From a virus (lineage: Duplodnaviria > Heunggongvirae > Uroviricota > Caudoviricetes), in IMG/VR virus record IMGVR_UViG_2799113093_000010: a stretch of 64,000 nt of DNA. One strand, written 5' to 3'. Below, piece by piece: positions 53,001 through 61,212 of this stretch; positions within the stretch are counted from its first letter, which is position 1, and each line of letters opens with the position of its first letter. The position numbers and the translations under genes are program-made. The notes beneath the pieces were generated by a model. It searched no databases and was not told the origin of the DNA. It saw only the letters and a list, made by a program, of their open reading frames with translations.

Positions 53001-53353
53001 GCGTTGCGTCCCTTCGGCAGGTAGTTGTTGTGCAGCACCAGCTCCCGGCCGTCAGGCAGCTTCACCGGTGTGCCGGTGGGGGTTTGGCCATGCTTGATGG
53101 TCAAACCGACCGACTCGGCCCACGCGGGTCGCGTGGTCGCAAAGTGGTGGCAGCTACGGCAAATCCAGATGATGTTGGCCGGGCACCAGCCGCCGCCTTG
53201 GGAACGGTTCTCCCGGTGGTGCATGTCGACGGCCTTCTTCTTGCCGCAGTACTCGCACAGCCCGGTCGGGTTGCGGCCCTTCACGTGCTCGCGGGTGTTC
53301 TCCTCGTTCCAGACGGAGATATACGGCTCGGCCCAGACGTCGTCGACGGTCAT
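52997..53353 (-). CDS. HNH endonuclease (about 118 aa)
   Basis: Motif CEYCGKKKAVDMHHRENRSQGGGWCPANIIWICRSCHH (Cys4 plus HH). Confidence 0.7.
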   Translation of the reverse strand: MTVDDVWAEPYISVWNEENTREHVKGRNPTGLCEYCGKKKAVDMHHRENRSQGGGWCPANIIWICRSCHHFATTRPAWAESVGLTIKHGQTPTGTPVKLPDGRELVLHNNYLPKGRNA

Positions 53354-53553
53354 TCGCCGCTGTCCTGGCTCGGGCGTACCACGTTGTCGCGGACCCACTT
53401 ACGTGCCGCGGCTGCGGCTGCAGCCTTGGTGGGGTGTGGCTCGCTGTTGTAGTGGATGGTTCCGCGCGGGGATGTCCACTGCCACGACCAGCCCTTGTTG
53501 TCGCGCCGCTCGTAGGGGATAACAACGCCGGGGATGTCAGCCTTGCTCATGCT
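53350..53553 (-). CDS. hypothetical small protein (67 aa)
   Basis: Start MSKADIPGVVIPYERRDNKGW...; the upstream 228 aa of the track ORF are R-rich junk. Confidence 0.4.
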   Translation of the reverse strand, partial: SMSKADIPGVVIPYERRDNKGWSWQWTSPRGTIHYNSEPHPTKAAAAAAARKWVRDNVVRPSQDSGE

Positions 53554-54356
53554 GCGGTGTCTTTCTTCTTGAGGCGAATCAGAGCGCGCTGCACGGACTT
53601 TGGTTTCACGCCGCCCATCCGCTCGGCGATCTGCTGCTCGTCGGTGATCCCGAGGTCGAGGTAGTCGCGGTACAGCTCCATGGCGTCCTGGGGCCGCTTG
53701 CCGCGGAGATGGTGTTTGGCGGCTGGGTCGTCGATTTCGTCGTCGCTCCAGGCGATCGGTGGCACCCAGCCGGCGCGCTCGGCGTGTGCCCGGGTTCGCT
53801 GGTGTCCGCCGTCCTTCTCCTGTAGCTCCAGGTAGAGGGCGGCGACCCGTCGGGCGATCCCGACCGTGACGTTCTTGCGTGAGCCGCGGTACAGGTCTTT
53901 CAGCGCGAGGGTGCTGGGAAGGTCGAGGCGGCGCGCTAATTCGTCCCGTGACCAACCAACCGCGGCGAGCGCTCGCAGGCGCCGAACTGTTCCCGTGGGA
54001 TCGATCCGTGCACCTTCGGCCATTTCCGGTCCGAATGGGCACTTCGGGATGGCGACGGCGAGGATGGTGGCCGCGTTGTCGCGGCGGATACGCCGGTTGG
54101 TCCCCTGCGCCAACAACGCGATCGACCGAGAGTTGAGGCTGCACAGCTTGGCGATGCGTGCCTTTCCTACGCCGGCGGCTACGAGCCGGTGCAGATGTTC
54201 CCGCGCTGGTGTCGCGTCGATCATCATGTGTTCCCAACGGCCGTAGGCGATTTGACGCCGCCGATGCGCGGTGTAGTGGGTGTTGCAGAGGCCGCGAGCG
54301 CCTGCCGGCTCGGTGCAGCCCTCGAATCCGCAGATGCCGCTCACTGCCCGCCCCAC
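53547..54356 (-). CDS. DNA-binding protein with Cys cluster and HTH-like region (269 aa)
   Basis: N-terminal CGFEGC...C motif; basic/helical body; C-terminal segment SVQRALIRLKK. Confidence 0.45.
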   Translation of the reverse strand: MGRAVSGICGFEGCTEPAGARGLCNTHYTAHRRRQIAYGRWEHMMIDATPAREHLHRLVAAGVGKARIAKLCSLNSRSIALLAQGTNRRIRRDNAATILAVAIPKCPFGPEMAEGARIDPTGTVRRLRALAAVGWSRDELARRLDLPSTLALKDLYRGSRKNVTVGIARRVAALYLELQEKDGGHQRTRAHAERAGWVPPIAWSDDEIDDPAAKHHLRGKRPQDAMELYRDYLDLGITDEQQIAERMGGVKPKSVQRALIRLKKKDTAA

Positions 54357-54492
54357 CCCACCCAGTTGGCTCCGAGCGCGAAAACCACAGCGGGCACCAG
54401 CCAGATACCGTCAGCCGTTCCCGCGCCGGCGATCACGCAGGTGAATGAGAGCCCGAGCGGCACGATCAAGGCGATGTTCCGGGCACGCTGCT

Positions 54493-54789
54493 TCACGACG
54501 CGTCTCCAAGCGGGCTCGGTGCCTGGCCGCGCGCAAACCGCTGGATGCTGTTGCGGGCGTGGTTGCTTCGTGCCTGGCGACGCAGTGCGGCGGCGTTCTC
54601 GCGCCGGGCCTGACGCGCAGCCCGGTTCTTTCGGCGGCGCTCCTGCACCACCTCCTCTGGCACCGTGCCGGCGTAGGTGTTCATCAGCTGCAGCGCGAAC
54701 AGCACCCCGTGGCCCAGCGACCGCATGTCGGCGTTCGCTTTCTTGTGCAGTGTGGTGAGCGGCGATTCCGGCTTTGGGTTGGTGTTCAC
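54493..54789 (-). CDS. hypothetical basic protein (about 98 aa)
   Basis: GTG at 54789 overlaps the DnaQ-like gene stop (GTGA). Confidence 0.35.
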   Translation of the reverse strand: MNTNPKPESPLTTLHKKANADMRSLGHGVLFALQLMNTYAGTVPEEVVQERRRKNRAARQARRENAAALRRQARSNHARNSIQRFARGQAPSPLGDAS

Positions 54790-55385
54790 TTCGACTCCTG
54801 ACGTGCGACAGCGAGGGTGTGGAGGACTTTGAAGCAGGCGGCCGTGGCGTAGACATCGCCGAGCGCGGTGTGCTCTGCCTTGTTCTCGATGTGGAGGCGC
54901 TCGCACACGGAGTGCAGGCCCGGAATCTTGCGGGGGTCGATCCCGAAAACACCTGCTGCGTAGGCAGATATGTCGGGCATGCGGTACTTCCACAGCTCGC
55001 ACGCCGGCGGCGGTGCGTCGCGACCGAAATACGTGGCGTACGCCAGGTCGTGCCCGGCCTTGATCATCCGAGCGTCGAAGCTGGGGTTCGCCGCGGCGAG
55101 CACGTTGCCCTTCAGCATCTCGATGAGCTGCTGGTATCGGACCCAGGTCCCGGACACACTCTCGCTGTACTTATAGACCTCCCGCTCGTAATAGCGGTTG
55201 ATGCGCAAGGCATCGCCGTCGGCGCGTCCCATCTCCGGGCCCGCGAGGAATGGCACGAAGTACAACTCCTGTCCGGTGTCCACGTTCAGAGCAGCGACCT
55301 CGATCGGGAAGTGCTTTCCGTGAATCAGGCCGGTGGTTTCGACGTCGACCACGATCAGCTGGCCGGTCACGCTGCGGCCTGCCAA
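54786..55385 (-). CDS. DnaQ-like (DEDDh) 3'-5' exonuclease (199 aa)
   Basis: Exo I motif LIVVDVETTG; Exo III HTALGDVYATA. Confidence 0.7.
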   Translation of the reverse strand: MAGRSVTGQLIVVDVETTGLIHGKHFPIEVAALNVDTGQELYFVPFLAGPEMGRADGDALRINRYYEREVYKYSESVSGTWVRYQQLIEMLKGNVLAAANPSFDARMIKAGHDLAYATYFGRDAPPPACELWKYRMPDISAYAAGVFGIDPRKIPGLHSVCERLHIENKAEHTALGDVYATAACFKVLHTLAVARQESK

Positions 55386-55526
55386 ATCTGCTTCGGGGTT
55401 CCGTGTTTGGCGGCTAGCTCGTCCCAGATCGGGTGTGGGCTGGCGGGTTTCGGCTTCTCGGGCTGCTCGCCGAAAAGGATGCGGCGCAGACGCGGATGGT
55501 TGTCGAGCATGGGTATGGGTTCTCCT

Positions 55527-55898
55527 TCAGATGGTGGTGTCGAAAGCAAGCTGGCCGGTGCCTGTGCCGCCGAGGCGGTAGTACATTTCCCCGATCCCCT
55601 TGGGGGTCAGGTGAATCTGTTTGGGTCGTTCTTTGGTTTCCCCTGTGGGCGTTAGGTATTCGCCGCCGGGGTAGAGCTTCAGATAGCCGAGGTCGACGGC
55701 TTCTTCGTAGGCGATCCAGCGGTGGTCACGGCCTCGGAAGATCCACTCCTCGCTGGCCATCGCCTCGAACAGTTGGTCGCGGCCGACGGTGATCGGCGGT
55801 ACCAGCGAGAGCATGTACGCGGCTGCCGCGATGGTGTGGTCGCCGACGAGATCGGCAAGGAGCCTTGGTAACTCGGGGCGTTGAATGATCCGAGCCAT
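55527..55898 (-). CDS. hypothetical protein (about 123 aa)
   Basis: Start MARIIQRPELPRLL... Confidence 0.4.
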   Translation of the reverse strand: MARIIQRPELPRLLADLVGDHTIAAAAYMLSLVPPITVGRDQLFEAMASEEWIFRGRDHRWIAYEEAVDLGYLKLYPGGEYLTPTGETKERPKQIHLTPKGIGEMYYRLGGTGTGQLAFDTTI

Positions 55899-55994
55899 GT
55901 CGCGCTCACCGCCCACCAGCCACATACACCCAGTAGCCCCCGGCGATCAGGCCCAGCACCCACGCCGTCCAGCCGAGCCCGCGCAATAGCAGCT

Positions 55995-56339
55995 TCATAC
56001 CGTCCGCCCCGAATCTCGCGTAGCGCCATAGGCGTTCGCGATCCGCCGCAGCATCGGGATGTGCTCCGGGCAGTACAGGTAGGAGGACTGCGCGATCACC
56101 TGCCCGGCCTGGTATCTGCTTAAGCCGTCGTTGACGATGGCGTTCACCAGGATCCGCACCCCTGTCAGATCGGGGGAGGCTGTGAGCACCACGCACACCT
56201 TCTGCCCGTTGAGGGCGGTGTAGGTATCGACCGGGTCTGCGTGCGCCCCGGGTGGTTCGGCGAGCAGCATGGCTGCCAGCGCTGCGCCCGCTGCCAGGAA
56301 CCCGGTCACCACATGGCGTCCGGCGTTGCGGCGCTTCAT
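55995..56339 (-). CDS. secreted small protein with signal peptide (114 aa)
   Basis: N-terminal MKRRNAGRHVVTGFLAAGAALAAMLLAEPPGAHA. Followed, with an ATGA overlap, by a 30-aa hydrophobic peptide ORF (55906..55998). Confidence 0.45.
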   Translation of the reverse strand: MKRRNAGRHVVTGFLAAGAALAAMLLAEPPGAHADPVDTYTALNGQKVCVVLTASPDLTGVRILVNAIVNDGLSRYQAGQVIAQSSYLYCPEHIPMLRRIANAYGATRDSGRTV

Positions 56340-57202
56340 CGGAGCTGCTCGGGCTTCGGAGCAGCCACCTGCGGGAAGTTGGTCTTGTTCCAGCCGCCCT
56401 TGGTCTGCTGGAGCTTCGCCACGTTGTGCCCGGCCAGCCAGTGGTTGAAAGCGATCACGAAGTAGCCGACCGCCTCGCCGTCGGGCATCTTGAAGCCCTC
56501 GCCACGCACCCGGTCCAGCCGGTTACGCAGCGCCAGGATCGGTGACCCGCTCTGCAGGCCAACCCCGTCGAGTACCCGCTGGAAGAACGCTGCCGTGACC
56601 TCGATGCCGTGGACCCGCGCGATACCGGCGAACACCGCCATCACCAGGCCGCGTCGGGCCTTGATCCGCGTGTACTGGCTACCGCGCCGGATCAGCTCGA
56701 ATACCTCCGGGTTGTCGTGGCCCCACTGCACGATGTCGGTGGAAGTGACTGCCCCGGTGGCTTTCTCGGTGTAGAACCAGCCGCGTTCCCAGGTGATCAG
56801 GGTCTTGATCGCGGAGGCATCCGACTTGGATGCGTCGATGCCGGCCAGGTTGAGCTGGTCGGCGGCCGACCGTTTGGTGCCCTGATCCATGGTCGTCTGC
56901 GCCTCGGGCGGCAGACCCCAGATCACGAGCGACTCGATCGTCGCGCCGCACAAGATGATGGCGTGGAGCCGGTGCTGACCGTCCAGCAGCGTTCCGTCGA
57001 CCGCGAACTTGATGGCCTCGCCGTTCAGTTGCCAACGGCCGCACTCGATATCGGCGGCGAACTGCAGGACCTTGTTCTCCGCCAGCGGCCGGTTGTGGGT
57101 GTTGTACTTCAGGTACTGCTCGGCCACCACCGGGTCGATAGGGACGATCTCGGTTGTGATCTCAGGCTGGGGCGGTCGCCGCAGCGGGATAGCATTGGTC
57201 AC
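56336..57202 (-). CDS. ParB/Srx-like (DUF262-type) DNA-binding/nuclease domain protein (288 aa)
   Basis: DGQHRL motif in the N-terminal domain. Confidence 0.5.
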   Translation of the reverse strand: MTNAIPLRRPPQPEITTEIVPIDPVVAEQYLKYNTHNRPLAENKVLQFAADIECGRWQLNGEAIKFAVDGTLLDGQHRLHAIILCGATIESLVIWGLPPEAQTTMDQGTKRSAADQLNLAGIDASKSDASAIKTLITWERGWFYTEKATGAVTSTDIVQWGHDNPEVFELIRRGSQYTRIKARRGLVMAVFAGIARVHGIEVTAAFFQRVLDGVGLQSGSPILALRNRLDRVRGEGFKMPDGEAVGYFVIAFNHWLAGHNVAKLQQTKGGWNKTNFPQVAAPKPEQLR

Positions 57203-58134
57203 GAAGCATCTCCTTGGTTGGGTGTTGAGGGGAACTTCTCGATGACGCGTTGCACCGCGTCACGCGCGCGGACTAGGTCGCTGAGCCGTAACCCGGCGAT
57301 CTGGTCCGCGTACTTGTCGAAGCGGTCGTCGGACGTCAGTGCCTCCAGCCGCTTCACCGCCTTCGCGAGCGCCAAGGTGGCGTCGTCGAAGGAGTCCGTG
57401 AGCGGCTTCCGGCGCGCCTGCGCGGGCGCAGGCTCGGGTTCAGCCGCGGGTTCCAACAGCTCGTCGCAGTAGCGGTGGACGTCGTCGAACTCGTCGAACC
57501 GCTGCCGGTCGTCGTCGGTTGCGTTGTCGTACAGCACCGCTCGGGCACCGCAGGGGCACATCGCCATCGAGGTGATCTGCGGCTCGACACCCTGGACCGC
57601 CGGCGCGTTGCTCTGCACGATGTAGCCGTCGCCGCTGATGCGCAGCGACGGTGCGAATGGCCCGGAGCCTGTCCCGCCTTGAGACATCGGGGCAGGCTCC
57701 GGCTGCACTGGGGTGACCGGCAGGTCGGGGACCACCGAGAGATGAGGCCGCGCGGGCTGCGCAGCGGCGTACGTCTTGCCGTCGGTCCCGGTGACCGCCG
57801 CAGGTGTTCCATTTGAAACACCTGGCGTGATCGAGCGGTGCACCGTGGCCGGGCTGACCCCAGTGGCCGCTGCGATGGCGCGGGTCGAAAGGCCGGCGTC
57901 GCGCAGCGACTGCACCACCTCGGTGCGGGTTTCACGCGGGAGGCGGAACCAGGTCGAGCCGAACTCACGCTCGCAGTAGGTGTCCCAGCTCGTGTAGCCG
58001 AGGACTGCCCAGGCTCGCTGCGTGTACGCCTTCACGACGAGTTCCCAGGCGCGGTCGATGCAGGTGCGGATGCTCTCGGTGAGATCTCGTGCTGCGCTTG
58101 GCGACATCGCAGTAGCGCTGACGTTGCTCATCAC
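57199..58134 (-). CDS. helix-turn-helix DNA-binding protein (311 aa)
   Basis: Sigma-r4-like HTH LRDAGLSTRAIAAATGVSPATVHRS. Confidence 0.5.
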   Translation of the reverse strand: MMSNVSATAMSPSAARDLTESIRTCIDRAWELVVKAYTQRAWAVLGYTSWDTYCEREFGSTWFRLPRETRTEVVQSLRDAGLSTRAIAAATGVSPATVHRSITPGVSNGTPAAVTGTDGKTYAAAQPARPHLSVVPDLPVTPVQPEPAPMSQGGTGSGPFAPSLRISGDGYIVQSNAPAVQGVEPQITSMAMCPCGARAVLYDNATDDDRQRFDEFDDVHRYCDELLEPAAEPEPAPAQARRKPLTDSFDDATLALAKAVKRLEALTSDDRFDKYADQIAGLRLSDLVRARDAVQRVIEKFPSTPNQGDAS

Positions 58135-58385
58135 GCGGCCAGATCGTTCAGCGCGGGCAGCAGGTCGACCGGCCGGACCTTGAGCGCCGCGGCAGCTCGC
58201 AGCAGCGTCTTGACCGTGATGTTTTCCGAGTTGATCTGTGCGGACAGGGTGCTGCGGGCGATCTGGGTGCGCCGGGCCAGCTCGGCGATGTTGACGCGCT
58301 GCCGACCCATCTCTGCGCGGATTGCCGTCGCGCAGTCGTCGTCCGCTCGCGGCGGACCAACTAATTTCGGTATGGATGCGTGCAC
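58131..58385 (-). CDS. Cro-like XRE HTH regulator (84 aa), first gene of the leftward early block
   Basis: HTH segment VNIAELARRTQIARSTLSAQINSEN. Divergent from the CI-like gene. Confidence 0.65.
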   Translation of the reverse strand: MHASIPKLVGPPRADDDCATAIRAEMGRQRVNIAELARRTQIARSTLSAQINSENITVKTLLRAAAALKVRPVDLLPALNDLAA

Positions 58386-58476
58386 ACGTTCAACATGCCC
58401 GAAATCCGGTCAAACATCAAGTCAAAACGCAACCCATTGAAAATATGGACATTGGCGCCTGATGATGTGAACTCTC
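58386..58476. promoter_or_regulatory. divergent CI/Cro-type control region with inverted and direct repeats
   Basis: GTCAAA appears twice (58409, 58422). The inverted repeat TCAAACATCA (58410-19) / TCATGTTTGA (58467-76) brackets the intergenic region. TTGAC is repeated at the start of the CI-like gene. Confidence 0.4.
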
Positions 58477-58824
58477 ATGTTTGAGTTGACGTTGACCGGA
58501 TCCGGGCATACTGTTCGTGATATGACCACTTTGATGGAAACGTGGCCCGAGCCAGATCGGGCAACGATTGGTGAGCGTCTACGCGCTTACATGGGGGTGC
58601 ACAAGATCAGCCGCGCGAAGCTCTCGCTCGCAAGCGGAATCTCCCGCACGGCTTTGGGGCTCAAACTTGACGGACTCAGCCCCTACACAACTGAGGACTG
58701 CAAGGCGATCGGCGACGCTCTCAACAAGAGCTGGTTTTGGGTATTGACCGGCCAAGAGCTGCCCGCACCAGACCCCGGCGACGGTGGCCCCGGAGTGCCC
58801 GGTAACTCCGAATCAGAAGGTTAG
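58477..58824 (+). CDS. CI-like XRE-family repressor (115 aa; start may be the internal Met at 58522)
   Basis: HTH segment IGERLRAYMGVHKISRAKLSLASGISRTALGLKLDG. Divergent from the Cro-like gene. Its 3' end runs into attP. Confidence 0.6.
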   Translation: MFELTLTGSGHTVRDMTTLMETWPEPDRATIGERLRAYMGVHKISRAKLSLASGISRTALGLKLDGLSPYTTEDCKAIGDALNKSWFWVLTGQELPAPDPGDGGPGVPGNSESEG

Positions 58825-58850
58825 GGGTTCGAATCCCTTCGGGCGCACCA
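58806..58850 (+). other. attP common core: 3' 45 nt of a tRNA (anticodon loop to CCA; anticodon CCG, tRNA-Arg-like)
   Basis: Sequence CUCCGAA (anticodon loop with CCG), UCAGA, variable loop AGGUU, T-arm AGGGG-UUCGAAU-CCCUU, acceptor 3' strand CGGGCGC, then A and CCA. There is no matching 5' acceptor strand upstream. It lies 69 bp from the integrase gene's 3' end. Confidence 0.6.
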
Positions 58851-58918
58851 TCTATCAGGCGAAATTGGTATCTATAGGGCAGGCGACACGCCCATGAACT
58901 GATACTTTCCCGCTACTT

Positions 58919-60082
58919 TCAGGCGCTACTTTCCCAGTACTGCTCAAGGGCGCCGCGAGCATCCGGTCCCTGGGTCTGCCGCTGTAGGTAGTGAGCCTCG
59001 GTGGTCGCCAGCTTGGCGTGGGACAGCTGCTGCTGGGCCTTGTCCGGGCCGTGGGCGTCGCGGATGACCGTGGCAACTGTGCGCCGGAAGCTGTGCGGCG
59101 TGACCCAGTTCAGTTCTTCGGGCAGGGCCGCGCGGAGGGCTCGCCGTAGGTTGGCCAGGCTTACCCATCCGCCATCTCGATTGACGAACACGGGTCCGTC
59201 CATACCCGACTCCCCGATGAGTGCTGTCAGCGTCTCTACACCGAACTTGGGCAAGATCACGGTGTGCGCGGGGGCATCGGACTTCCGCTCTTCCTGACGA
59301 TGTAGGGGCTTTCCTGCGATGCGACCGTGGTCGATCAAGGTACCGGTGATGGTGAGCGTCGGCGGGTCGGCAAGAAGGTCTACATCGCACCACCGAGTGG
59401 CAAGTACTTCATTCGGGCGGCACCCGGTGGCTACGAGCAGGTCTACGAACGCGGGCAGAAGGCGTCCAGGGCGCGGCCCCGGCGCCTTCCGCTCGGCGTA
59501 CTCGCGAACGGCGGCACGGATCTGTCTAAGCTCTGTCGCGTCGGCTGAGCGAGGCTTTCTCCTGCCGGTGCCGACTGTCTTCGTCTCGCGTATCGGATTG
59601 ACGGGCACCACGTCGAACCGGCACGCCATTGAGTACATCCCCGTCAGCACCATCCGCAGCCGTTTGGCCTGACTCTTAGATGCCATGCCTTGGATGTAGT
59701 TGTGAGCGTCTTGAGTCTCCAGCTCGATGACTCGCAAGGATCCCAGCTGCGCTGCGCCGTGCGTCCTCCAGACCGCCCGATACTGATCAACCGTCTGTTG
59801 CTTAACGCCGTCCTCGGCAGCCTTTGTTTCGACCCATAGGTCGAACAGGTCGCCGAGGGCGGTTTTTTCGTTCACCAGCTGACCAGTTTTCGGTGTCCGG
59901 CGTTTCGCCAAGTGCCGTTGTAGGACGCGTCGAGCATCCTCGGCTGACTTCTCGCTGGACCGCTCTACCCGGCGTCGCTTGCCGTCCGAATCGCGTACGT
60001 AGGTGCTCGCGAAAAACTTTCCACCAGAGGACCGTTGGGTAATGCGGCCATGCTCGCCGGGGCGGAGACGTTCTCTAGGCAT
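58919..60082 (-). CDS. int: tyrosine integrase (387 aa)
   Basis: Catalytic-domain motifs TPHSFRRTVAT and LSHAKLATTEAHY (R...HxxR...Y). Confidence 0.9.
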   Translation of the reverse strand: MPRERLRPGEHGRITQRSSGGKFFASTYVRDSDGKRRRVERSSEKSAEDARRVLQRHLAKRRTPKTGQLVNEKTALGDLFDLWVETKAAEDGVKQQTVDQYRAVWRTHGAAQLGSLRVIELETQDAHNYIQGMASKSQAKRLRMVLTGMYSMACRFDVVPVNPIRETKTVGTGRRKPRSADATELRQIRAAVREYAERKAPGPRPGRLLPAFVDLLVATGCRPNEVLATRWCDVDLLADPPTLTITGTLIDHGRIAGKPLHRQEERKSDAPAHTVILPKFGVETLTALIGESGMDGPVFVNRDGGWVSLANLRRALRAALPEELNWVTPHSFRRTVATVIRDAHGPDKAQQQLSHAKLATTEAHYLQRQTQGPDARGALEQYWESSA

Positions 60083-60824
60083 CCGGCTCGATCTCCCATC
60101 CGCGGTTTGCCATTTCTGCCGTGAGGCGTTCTAGGTCCGCCCGATCAAGGTCGGCCATTGAGCGGATCGCGGCCGGGTTGGCGTCGACAAAGGTCGCTTG
60201 CTGCTCCTCTGACATCGCCGCCACCCTCTCAGCTAGGGCGATGGAATCCTGCAAGATATTCCGTCGGCGTGACAGTTTGATCCGTCGCAGGTTGTCGCGC
60301 TCATCGTCGATCCGGTGGGGGTCTGTTGACCCGTCGATGGAAGACCGGCTGATCTCGCCAGAGAACCACCGCGCAGCCACTATGGACCGGGCGGGCTGCT
60401 GTGGAAGTAGGTCCACTTCGCCATCCGGTAGGGCTGGATAGAGCAACGCGAGAGGTGGCATGTTCATAGCCGCAGCCAAGACGATGAGTTCGGCAACATC
60501 CAGCTTTCCCGACCGGTTGTTGTTCTCGATCTTGGATATTGCAATGCGGCTAATCGGATACCCAAGCGCCGCAGTGCGTTCCCCCATCGCCTCGGCTGTC
60601 AGGTTGTACCGGCGCCGGTAGTCGTAGAGAACCTTTCCTACGCGCGTCGCAATCGCCAACTGCCAGGCCTTCGCATCTACATCAACATGTGGCACCGCCT
60701 TAGTGTCGCATGAGTTCGACCAGAATGCGCCACGCCCGCGCGTATTCGATTGTATTCGGGTCCGTCCGCGCGTAGCATGTAAAGCGACCCCAGGGGCTGT
60801 GTATGGACCAGAATGCAATTTCAT
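60075..60824 (-). CDS. XRE-HTH regulator upstream of and co-directional with int (start uncertain, probably near 60680)
   Basis: HTH segment LTAEAMGERTAALGYPISRIAISKIEN. The first roughly 45 aa of the track ORF are R-rich and overlap a repeat-bearing regulatory region. Confidence 0.5.
   Translation of the reverse strand: MKLHSGPYTAPGVALHATRGRTRIQSNTRGRGAFWSNSCDTKAVPHVDVDAKAWQLAIATRVGKVLYDYRRRYNLTAEAMGERTAALGYPISRIAISKIENNNRSGKLDVAELIVLAAAMNMPPLALLYPALPDGEVDLLPQQPARSIVAARWFSGEISRSSIDGSTDPHRIDDERDNLRRIKLSRRRNILQDSIALAERVAAMSEEQQATFVDANPAAIRSMADLDRADLERLTAEMANRGWEIEPDA
60708..60816. promoter_or_regulatory. 11-bp direct repeat GACCAGAATGC x2 in the regulator/xis divergent region
   Basis: Copies at 60708-60718 and 60806-60816. 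Followed by the xis RBS AAGGAGG. Confidence 0.35.
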
Positions 60825-60867
60825 AGCCGTCTACCAGGGGATTTTCTAGAGCTAAGGAGGCTCAGCA

Positions 60868-61065
60868 ATGGATGAATTAGCCGCGCAGATTAACGCGCGT
60901 CTCTATCCGCTCGAAGAGGTTATGGACCGGTTGCTAGTTGGCCGCACCAAGCTCTATGAGTTGATAGCTAGCGGCCAGCTACGCAGCTTCAAAGTCGGCA
61001 AGAGGCGGGTGGTGTCGGACGCTGCCCTCCGCGAATTTATCGCCGCACTGGACACCGCAGCATGA
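60868..61065 (+). CDS. xis: excisionase (MerR-like HTH) (65 aa)
   Basis: Motif PLEEVMDRLLVGRTKLYELIASGQLRSFKVGKRRVV. Strong RBS. Adjacent to int. Confidence 0.7.
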   Translation: MDELAAQINARLYPLEEVMDRLLVGRTKLYELIASGQLRSFKVGKRRVVSDAALREFIAALDTAA

Positions 61066-61212
61066 AGCACCTGGCGCAGGAATCTCATCCCGATTTAGGT
61101 CTCGATCCTGCCGCCGACCTGACCGAAGACATGCGAATGGCCCCCGTAATTCCTGGTGCGTCAACACCGGGCGAGGGCCACTCCGACTACCCATCTGAGA
61201 ACAGGAGTCACC

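Noticed and set aside
55433-55792. Plus-strand 119-aa Arg-rich ORF and other short plus-strand ORFs scattered through the early block (for example 37612..38022, 38090..38743)
   Set aside because: All are antisense to coupled minus-strand genes and show shadow-frame composition.
58806-58824. Integration-dependent immunity (repressor truncation on integration), because attP abuts the repressor gene's 3' end
   Set aside because: The stop codon of the CI-like gene lies inside the presumed common core, so attL and attR would carry identical sequence and the protein would be unchanged. This is retained only as a caveat if the true crossover region is shorter.
58775-58850. Complete tRNA gene at the end of the CI-like ORF
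   Set aside because: Only the 3' 45 nt, from the anticodon loop onward, are tRNA-like. The 5' acceptor strand GCGCCCG, the D-arm and the 5' anticodon-stem strand are absent. The fragment is interpreted as the attP core.
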